DNA of 64,000 bases from Spirochaetia bacterium. GTDB lineage: Bacteria; Spirochaetota; Spirochaetia; SZUA-6; Bin103. Positions 57,340-64,000 of this stretch are shown in pieces; position 1 is the first letter of the stretch; each line of letters begins with the position of its first letter. The notes beneath the pieces are model-generated. The model was not told where the DNA came from. It saw nothing but the letters and a program-made list of their open reading frames with translations, and searched no databases. The translations under genes were made by a program, and so were the position numbers. The stretch lies in assembly GCA_965203515.1 (NCBI GenBank), contig OZ241907.1:1248001-1312000 (forward strand), written 5' to 3'.

Positions 57340-58884
57340 ATGCGGAAACTGATGAAACTGACCACGCTCGGCGCGGCGGCGCTGCTCGCCGCCGCCGGCG
57401 CATTCGCGTCTCCCGCGGCCGAGCAGGCCGCCGCCATGGAGCCGACCGTGCTGACGGTGGTGCTGTCGGACCGCGGCACCGCCCCGATCAACGTCGACTC
57501 GGACGTGATCGACGCCATCGAGGAGCGGTTGAACGTCACGTTCGACCTCACCGCGATCGCCGGCGGCGACTACAACGCCAAGAAGCGGACCCTGATCGCC
57601 ACCGACGACGTGCCCGACATCCTCCGGGTGCATCGCAACGATCTGGTCGAGTTCGGCGACACCGGCGTGTTCCTGGCGCTGAACGAGATGATCGAAACCA
57701 AGGTGCCCAACTACCAGCGCATCCTGGAGCAGAACGATCGCGTGCGGAAGGCGGCGATCGACGGCGTCCATTACGCGTTCGCCACGACCAAGCGGTTCGA
57801 GTTCCACCGCGGCATCATCAGCGTGATCCGCACCGACGTCGTGGAGGACCTGGGCCTGCGGATGCCGCAGAGCTTCGACGAGCTCTACGAGGTGCTCGCC
57901 GCCATCAAGGCGGCTCATCCCGACAGCCACGTATGGACCAACCGCGGCGGCGGGCGCAGCCTGGTGCGCAACGTCGCCTACGCCTTCGGCACCGGCGGCG
58001 ACGTCTACTACGACCCCGACCTCGACGGCGGGCGCTGGGCGTACGGCCCGATCCAGGCGCAGTACCGTAACCTGCTGCAGTACCTGCGCGGCGCCTACGC
58101 CGACGGCATCCTCGACCCCGACTTCGCCACCCTCACCACCACGCAGTGGCGGGAGAAGCAGGGCTCCGGGAAGAGCTTCTTCTTCTACGACAACCCCACC
58201 TACGGCAAGCGCGCCAACGACGCCATCGTGCCGGTCGAACCGGACGCCTGGTGGGCGCCGACCGACGTGCTGGCAAACTCGACCGGCGGCCGCCGCTCGC
58301 TGTTCTACGAGGAAGAGGTGTGGAGCCAGATGTGGGCGGTGGGCAGCAAGACCGAGCACGAGGACGCGATCGCGAGCTTCTTCAACTTCGCCTACACCGA
58401 CGAGTTCGCGGAGATGAAGGCGTTCGGGATCGAGGGCGTCCACTGGGTGCGGGACGGTGACGACTACCGCTTCACCGACGAGATGCGGGCCGAATACACC
58501 AGCGACACCGGCGCCTATCTGATCGACAAGTTCATGAACGAGGTCGGCACCGGCGCCTACAGCGCGTTTTCGCCCTACATCGACATGCGCCTGTACCGGA
58601 TGAACTGGCCCGAGTACCAGATCGGCTGGTACCTGGACATGGAGGCGAGCGGGCACTGGGACGACCCGAAGGTGGTGGCGCCGTTCGACGCGGCCGAGCG
58701 CGAGGAGGTCACCAACATCACGGCCGAGCTGGACACGCTGGTGCACGCGGCCATCGACAAGGTGATCCTGGGCGACATGAGCCTGGCGGAGTGGGACGAG
58801 CTTGTGCAGCGGATCATGCCCGACGCGCTGCGCCTGGAGGAGATCCACAACGCTGCCGAGCAGCGCTACCGGATGTCGCGCTGA
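57340..58884 (+). CDS. Carbohydrate ABC substrate-binding protein
   Basis: RBS AGGAGG; signal peptide AFA-SPAAE; IRTDVVEDLGL..P.SFDELY; YADGILDPDF. Confidence 0.9.
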   Translation: MRKLMKLTTLGAAALLAAAGAFASPAAEQAAAMEPTVLTVVLSDRGTAPINVDSDVIDAIEERLNVTFDLTAIAGGDYNAKKRTLIATDDVPDILRVHRNDLVEFGDTGVFLALNEMIETKVPNYQRILEQNDRVRKAAIDGVHYAFATTKRFEFHRGIISVIRTDVVEDLGLRMPQSFDELYEVLAAIKAAHPDSHVWTNRGGGRSLVRNVAYAFGTGGDVYYDPDLDGGRWAYGPIQAQYRNLLQYLRGAYADGILDPDFATLTTTQWREKQGSGKSFFFYDNPTYGKRANDAIVPVEPDAWWAPTDVLANSTGGRRSLFYEEEVWSQMWAVGSKTEHEDAIASFFNFAYTDEFAEMKAFGIEGVHWVRDGDDYRFTDEMRAEYTSDTGAYLIDKFMNEVGTGAYSAFSPYIDMRLYRMNWPEYQIGWYLDMEASGHWDDPKVVAPFDAAEREEVTNITAELDTLVHAAIDKVILGDMSLAEWDELVQRIMPDALRLEEIHNAAEQRYRMSR

Positions 58885-59258
58885 GCGGACGCGCGCAACG
58901 ACGGTCTCCCGCAGTGCGGGGGACCGTCCGCGCCGCGCGCCGGCGCGGATCGAACGCTTGTGGCCGGCGCTTGGTGAAACTGTCGCCGGCGGCGGTCAGA
59001 ACTTTTCGGGAACTTCCAGATACCGCACGCCGGCGGCAGCGGCCCGCTTCCGGTCGGCGGCATCGATCCGCTTGCCGGCGACCAGGGGGACGGCCTCATG
59101 TCCTTCTCGATGCGGTCCAGCCGTGCAGGCATGCCGAGGAACTCGTTGGTGAGCAGGGCGCGCAGCAACAACCGCTGAGCCTCCGGGTTGGCCTGCAGCT
59201 CGGCGATGATGCGGGCTACCAACGATTCCGGATCGAGTCGTTCAGCCGTCACGTGCAT
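58866..59258 (-). pseudogene. Probable truncated gene remnant
   Basis: The first ~53 aa look like a real helical protein (IIAELQANPEAQRLLLRALLTNEFLGMPARLDRIEKD); the rest looks non-coding. Confidence 0.5.
58900..58928 (+). terminator. Stem-loop after the SBP gene
   Basis: GACGGTCTCCCGC-AGT-GCGGGGGACCGTC. Confidence 0.6.
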
Positions 59259-59386
59259 ATAGGGATCGAAACCGTATTATCGCACGTCTCCCTGGTCAAG
59301 CCCGGGAGCCGGGTCGGCGGTCGACGCAAGAGCGCGCTGCCGTTTGACGATCCGCGGCCCCGGTATGAGAATCGGAAGCGTATCCG

Positions 59387-61612
59387 GTGAGCACTTCGAT
59401 CGACGACCGCGTGACGTTGCCGCTCCGCGAACGGCGGCAGACCGACGTGCTGGTCGCCGGCGGCGGCGTGGCCGGAGTGTACGCGGCGCTCGGCGCGGCG
59501 GATCACGGCGCGGGCGTGCTGCTGGTCGAGCAACACGGCTTCGTCGGCGGTCAGGGGACCGCCGGCGGCGTCCATTCCTTCTGCGGGGAGACCCGGGTCG
59601 TGAACGACCGCTGGCGCGAGATGGTACGCCGGCTCGGCGCCTTCGGCGGCATCGCCGCCTACCAGCCCAACCGCGACGGGCGCCCCTTCGACTGCGAGAG
59701 CCTCAAGTTCGTGCTGCAGGAGATGCTTGCCGAGGCGGGCGTGGAGCTGTTGCTGCACACCCAGGCGCTGACCGTGGAGCGGGCCGGCGACCGCGTGGCC
59801 GCCGTGGTGCTGGCCAACAAGAGCGGCCTGACCCGCATCGAACCGGCGGTCGCCGTGGACGCCACCGGCGACGCCGACCTGGTGGCGCGCGGCGGGTGGC
59901 CGTTCCGCAAGGGCGGACCGGTGCTGATGCCCGGCGACCCGCCGACGGTCGACGAGTCGGCCGGCCGGTTGCAGCTGCCGATGAGCCTCTACTTCACCCT
60001 GGTCGACAGCGGCGCGCCGGTTGCGCCGGTGCTGCCGCCCGGCTGCCCGGCCTACGGGAATGACGATGAGGTGCCGATGATCACGGTCATCCCGCACGGC
60101 CACCACGTGACCGTGAAGATGAAGGTAATCGGCCACGACGCCACCGACGGGGCGTCGCTGTCGGCGGCGGAGCAGGCCGGCCGGCGGCAGATGACGGGGG
60201 TCATCCACTACCTGCAGACGCACGGCTATCGCGGCGCGAGCTACCCCAACCACCGCTTGGCGTGGGTGGCGCCGCACGTCGGCATCCGCGAAGGCCGGCG
60301 GGTGGAGGCGGTCTACCTGCTGAGCGCCGGCGACATCCTGGCCGGACGCCGCTTCCCCGACGGGGTGGCGGTCGGTTCCTATCACACCGATTACCATTGG
60401 CCCACGGTGGCGCAGCGCGCCGGCACCGGCGTCACGGTGCAATGCCCACCCCACCAGATCCCGTTGCGCGCCATGCGCCCGCGCGGCGCCGCCAACCTGC
60501 TGGTGCCGGGCCGCGGCCTGGGCGGAGATCATCTGGCGACCAGCTCGTTTCGGGTGATGGGGACCTGCGCGCAGACCGGCTTCGCCGCCGGCGTGGCGGC
60601 CGCGCTCGGCGCGCCGGAGCGGTCCGTAGACTCGGTCGCCGTGCCGGAGCTGCGCGCGCGCCTGCGCCGCGCCGGGGTGCGGCTCGACCTGGCCCCCTAC
60701 TACGGCTACCTGCGCCGCCGCCGCGGCTACGATGAGCGCGCCGGGACAGCGCCGGCGGGCACAGCGCCGGCGGGCACGGCGCCGGCGGGCACGGCGCCGG
60801 CGTCGGTCACCGGCTTGGCGATCGCCGAGCTGGCCACCGGCGAGGTGCTGATCGCGTACGCCGCGGCCGGCTCGCTGGGCGTGCTGCGCCGCTGCGAGGA
60901 GCGCTGGCAGCCGCCGGTGACGTTGGGAGCCGTCGCGGCCGGCGCCGACCTGGCGTTCGCGGTGACGGACGGCGGGCGCAGCCGCACCGAGGGGCTGGAG
61001 CGGACGCCGGCGCTGGCGGCGGAGATCACCGAGTGCGATGCGCCGCCGGCGGTGGCGCTGCACGCCAGCGAACGCGCCGGCGAACGGGGCTGGGTTTCGG
61101 CGGACGGCGGCGTCAGGTGGCGCGCCCGTGGCGCTGCGGCCGGCCGGAACGACGGCGCTGCCAGCGGCGACGAAGCCCGCAGCGACGACGCCAGCATCGA
61201 CGACGCCCGCAACGGCAGCGCGCGGCCGGACCCGCCGGCGCCGGACGCGGCCGTGACGACCCTGACCTTGACCGACCACGATCGCGCCGCGCTGGGAGTG
61301 GCGCGTCTGTACGCGGCGGCGTGGCCGACCGGCGATGGCGTGACGCTGGGCACCGCCGGCGCCGACGGGCGCTGGCGACAGACCATGGCGGCGGCGGTCC
61401 CCGGCGGCAGCGGTCCGTGCGCCCTGACGGCGACCGCGGACGGGGTGCTGCTGGCCTGCGTCGACGGTCGCGCGATTCGCTGCCGGCGCATTCCGCTCGA
61501 TGCCGTCCTCGGCGCTGAGGCGGGCTCCGGCGCCGCGGATGCTTCCTGGCACCACGACGGCGCCGACCTGATCGCCGCCCTCGCGGAGCGCCGGCCGGCG
61601 GCCGTCCCGTGA
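59387..61612 (+). CDS. FAD-dependent oxidoreductase with long C-terminal extension
   Basis: DVLVAGGGVAG, VDATGDADL, GIREGRR, QIPLRAM, NLLVPGR, RVMGTCAQTGFAAG; then AGTAP x4 and about 270 extra aa. Confidence 0.88.
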   Translation: MSTSIDDRVTLPLRERRQTDVLVAGGGVAGVYAALGAADHGAGVLLVEQHGFVGGQGTAGGVHSFCGETRVVNDRWREMVRRLGAFGGIAAYQPNRDGRPFDCESLKFVLQEMLAEAGVELLLHTQALTVERAGDRVAAVVLANKSGLTRIEPAVAVDATGDADLVARGGWPFRKGGPVLMPGDPPTVDESAGRLQLPMSLYFTLVDSGAPVAPVLPPGCPAYGNDDEVPMITVIPHGHHVTVKMKVIGHDATDGASLSAAEQAGRRQMTGVIHYLQTHGYRGASYPNHRLAWVAPHVGIREGRRVEAVYLLSAGDILAGRRFPDGVAVGSYHTDYHWPTVAQRAGTGVTVQCPPHQIPLRAMRPRGAANLLVPGRGLGGDHLATSSFRVMGTCAQTGFAAGVAAALGAPERSVDSVAVPELRARLRRAGVRLDLAPYYGYLRRRRGYDERAGTAPAGTAPAGTAPAGTAPASVTGLAIAELATGEVLIAYAAAGSLGVLRRCEERWQPPVTLGAVAAGADLAFAVTDGGRSRTEGLERTPALAAEITECDAPPAVALHASERAGERGWVSADGGVRWRARGAAAGRNDGAASGDEARSDDASIDDARNGSARPDPPAPDAAVTTLTLTDHDRAALGVARLYAAAWPTGDGVTLGTAGADGRWRQTMAAAVPGGSGPCALTATADGVLLACVDGRAIRCRRIPLDAVLGAEAGSGAADASWHHDGADLIAALAERRPAAVP

Positions 61613-63096
61613 CCGCCGGGCGGGGCGCGCCGGCACGGCCCAACATCCTGTTCCTGATCGCGCACGACATCTCGCCGCGCTTCGGCTGCTACGGCGACCC
61701 GCGCGCCGTGACCCCGCACCTCGACGCGCTCGCCGCCGGCGGCGCCCTGTTCGAGAACGCCTTCTGCCAGTTCCCCTTGTGCGCGCCGGCGCGCACCTGC
61801 CTCATGACCGGCTGCCGGCCGGACACCGTGCAGCGCTACGACATCGGCGGTCCGGACTTCTACGCCGGCCTGCGCCGCCGGTTGCCCTGGATCCGCACGC
61901 TCCCGGAGCTGCTGCGCGCCGCCGGCTATCGCACGCGGAGCCTGCACAAGGTGCTGCACGAGTACGAGGCCGATCCGCCGAGCTGGAGCGAGCCGCCCTG
62001 GTACGCGGCCGCCGGCGAGGCGCCCGCCTGGTGCCCGGACGACTTCGACTGCCGCGAACGGGCGCGGCGCTACCGCTCGGCCGCCAACCGCAGCCTGATG
62101 GAGGAGCGCTTCCGCATCCTGCAGGCCGCCGAACCGGACGCCGCAACCCAGTTCAAGCGCTGGCGCGGCGGCCCGGTCGAGCGCGCGCCGGTGGCCGACG
62201 ACGCCTACGACCCGGGCGCGACCGCCGCCGAAGCGGTTCGCGCGCTCCGCGCCCACGCCGCCCAACGCAAGGCCGCGCCGCTGTTCCTGGGCGTGGGGTT
62301 CTGCAACACCCACCTGCCGTGGCTGGCGCCGGACCGCTACTGGCGGCTGCACGACGCCACCGACTTCGGCGCCGAAGCGGGATACGACACGCCGCGCCCG
62401 GCGCCGCTGACGGCCGCGCTGGCGGTGGCCGGCAACGAGCCGTTTCAGTACTACGCGCAGACCGACCATCTGCCCGGCGCGCGGGCGGCCTGGCAGCCCA
62501 CCGCCCGGCAGGCCGACGAGCTGCGCCGCGGCCACTACGCCGCCGTCAGCTACCTCGACGCGCAGATCGGCCGCATCCTGGCCGCCCTCGACGAGACCGG
62601 GCTGGCGTCGAACACGGCGGTGGCGTTCACCACCGACCACGGATTCTCCCTCGGCGAGCACCGCCACTGGGGCAAGGGGATGCCCTGGGAACCGGACCTG
62701 CGCGTGCCGCTGCTGCTGCGCGCGCCGCGCGGCCGGCCCGGCCGGCGGGTGGCGGCGCTGGCCGAGCACGTCGACCTGCTGCCGACCCTGCTGCAGCTCG
62801 CCGGCGTCCGCCCGCCTCCGTGGGCCGAGGGACGCAGCCTGACGCCGCTGCTGGACGACGCTGAGGCGCCGGCCAAGCCGGCGGTGTTCGCGCAGGCGGC
62901 CCGCAACGGGTTGACGGCCCGCACCGCGCGCACCACCGACCACCGCTACACCCGCTGGATCGACGCGATCGGCCGCGTGCAGGCGGAGGAGCTCTACGAT
63001 CACCGCGCCGATCCCGCGGAAACCGCCAACCTCGCGCCGCGCGCCAACCTCGCGCCGCGCGACGAGGGCCGCTCTCCTGCCGGGAGATGGCGGTGA
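61609..63096 (+). CDS. Cys-type sulfatase (iduronate-sulfatase-like)
   Basis: RPNILF, TPHLD, CAPARTCLMTG, HLPW, YYA/HYAAVSYLD, TDHG, RVPL. Confidence 0.92.
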   Translation: MTAGRGAPARPNILFLIAHDISPRFGCYGDPRAVTPHLDALAAGGALFENAFCQFPLCAPARTCLMTGCRPDTVQRYDIGGPDFYAGLRRRLPWIRTLPELLRAAGYRTRSLHKVLHEYEADPPSWSEPPWYAAAGEAPAWCPDDFDCRERARRYRSAANRSLMEERFRILQAAEPDAATQFKRWRGGPVERAPVADDAYDPGATAAEAVRALRAHAAQRKAAPLFLGVGFCNTHLPWLAPDRYWRLHDATDFGAEAGYDTPRPAPLTAALAVAGNEPFQYYAQTDHLPGARAAWQPTARQADELRRGHYAAVSYLDAQIGRILAALDETGLASNTAVAFTTDHGFSLGEHRHWGKGMPWEPDLRVPLLLRAPRGRPGRRVAALAEHVDLLPTLLQLAGVRPPPWAEGRSLTPLLDDAEAPAKPAVFAQAARNGLTARTARTTDHRYTRWIDAIGRVQAEELYDHRADPAETANLAPRANLAPRDEGRSPAGRWR

Positions 63097-64000
63097 ACAC
63101 GATACGGTGGAGCCGTAGCGTTCCGGTGCGCTATCAGGCGGACGTCGCGGTCATCGGCGGCGGCATCGCCGGCGTGAGCGCTGCCGCCGCGGCCGCCCGC
63201 AGCGGCGCCTCGGTGGTGCTGGTGGAGCGCTTCGGCGTGACCGGCGGCAACATGACGGTCGGCGGAGTCGCCAACTTCTGCGGGGAGACCGCCGGTCAGG
63301 GCGAGGTGTTCGACGAGGTCCTGCGCCACCTGGAGCGTTTCGACGCCATCGTGCCCTATCGACCGTTCTCCTACGGGGGCTGCCAGTCACGAGTGCTGGA
63401 TCACGAAATCCTGGCGGTGATCCTGCAGGAAGTGCTGCTGGCGCGCGGGGTCAAGCTGCTGCTCCACACCCGTTTCGTCGACGTGATCGAGCGCGGCGGC
63501 CGGCTGGCCGAGGCGATCGTCGCCGGACCCTCGGGACCGGAGGCGCTGCGCGCCGACCACTTCGTCGACTGCACCGGCGATGGTCTGGTCGCCAAGGGAG
63601 CCGGCTACGCCGTCGAGAAGGGACGCGCCGAGGACGGTCTGCAGCTTCCGATGAGCCTGATGTTCTTCGTGCGGGAGATGGGCGAGCCGGTCGCCGACCA
63701 GCTCCCGGACGGCTGGTTCGCGCCGATCCGCGCGCGCCGGGACCTGCCGATGACCAGCCCCAACTGGCCCAACGGCCCGCGCGGCAGGGCGATCAAGATC
63801 AAGGTGCCGATGTTCGACTCGACCGATACCGAGAGCATGACCGCGGCGGAGATCGCGGCGCGCCGCCGGATGCTGGAGGTGCTCTCCTATTTCCAGGCGG
63901 TGGAGCGCAAGGACTGGCGCTTCGATCACTGCTCCCCGATCATCGGCATCCGCGAGGGGTACCGGATCGTCGGCCGCTACCTGCTCCGCGTCGACGATCT
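63093..64000 (+). CDS. FAD-dependent oxidoreductase (runs off window)
   Basis: Manual translation from GTG overlapping the sulfatase stop: ADVAVIGGGIAG, VDCTGDG, QLPMSL, GIREG; paralog of 59387..61612. Confidence 0.9.
   Translation, partial: MNTIRWSRSVPVRYQADVAVIGGGIAGVSAAAAAARSGASVVLVERFGVTGGNMTVGGVANFCGETAGQGEVFDEVLRHLERFDAIVPYRPFSYGGCQSRVLDHEILAVILQEVLLARGVKLLLHTRFVDVIERGGRLAEAIVAGPSGPEALRADHFVDCTGDGLVAKGAGYAVEKGRAEDGLQLPMSLMFFVREMGEPVADQLPDGWFAPIRARRDLPMTSPNWPNGPRGRAIKIKVPMFDSTDTESMTAAEIAARRRMLEVLSYFQAVERKDWRFDHCSPIIGIREGYRIVGRYLLRVDD

Noticed and set aside
27632..58884. Sugar ABC clusters lacking ATPase genes
   Set aside because: Sharing an MsmK/MalK-type ATPase in trans is common for this transporter class.
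687..62999. Many long overlapping or antisense ORFs (e.g. 2519..4609, 15580..17718, 37013..39385, 59249..61636)
   Set aside because: Arg/Ala/Gly/Pro-rich shadow frames expected at this GC content; each overlaps a gene with clear family motifs.
1..64000. tRNA, rRNA or riboswitch genes
   Set aside because: Intergenic gaps are short and none showed recognisable motifs by eye; a covariance-model search would be needed to exclude them.

Overview
High-GC bacterial chromosome segment with about 50 genes, annotated by eye from motifs without database searches. Substrate-binding proteins with Cys-less 'FAAGEEE'/'FASPAAE' N-termini suggest Spirochaetota. Several AAA/PD-(D/E)XK and Rpn genes hint at a host-associated lineage such as a sponge symbiont (both are inferences). 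Most of the window is carbohydrate uptake and catabolism: three sugar ABC clusters, iolG/iolE, enolase-family dehydratases, lactonases, an aldolase, an alditol oxidase, a sulfatase and FAD oxidoreductases. It also holds ppk2, a heterodimeric ABC exporter, a partial liv-type transporter and a desaturase. Four things stand out. (1) A 12-kb catabolic locus has two ADP-ribosylglycohydrolase-family proteins, a sugar ABC importer, a nucleoside phosphorylase, YjbQ, an SIS protein, a PfkB kinase and a nucleoside hydrolase; several of these carry non-canonical catalytic residues, which points to a probably uncharacterised pathway. (2) Two paralogous surface lipoproteins carry GSGYTSAPTVTF repeat arrays inserted into a conserved domain; one is frameshifted by a G22 tract behind an intact promoter and RBS, a candidate phase-variation switch. 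(3) A defence-like islet holds an orphan adenine MTase, an Rpn nuclease with an internal RpnS-type start, a stand-alone RpnS-like ORF and an AAA-PD-(D/E)XK gene flanked by an imperfect direct repeat. (4) Window-wide signatures include micro tandem duplications at gene ends, intragenic C-to-G skew switches and candidate leaderless promoters. No rRNA, tRNA, CRISPR array or intact IS element was seen.
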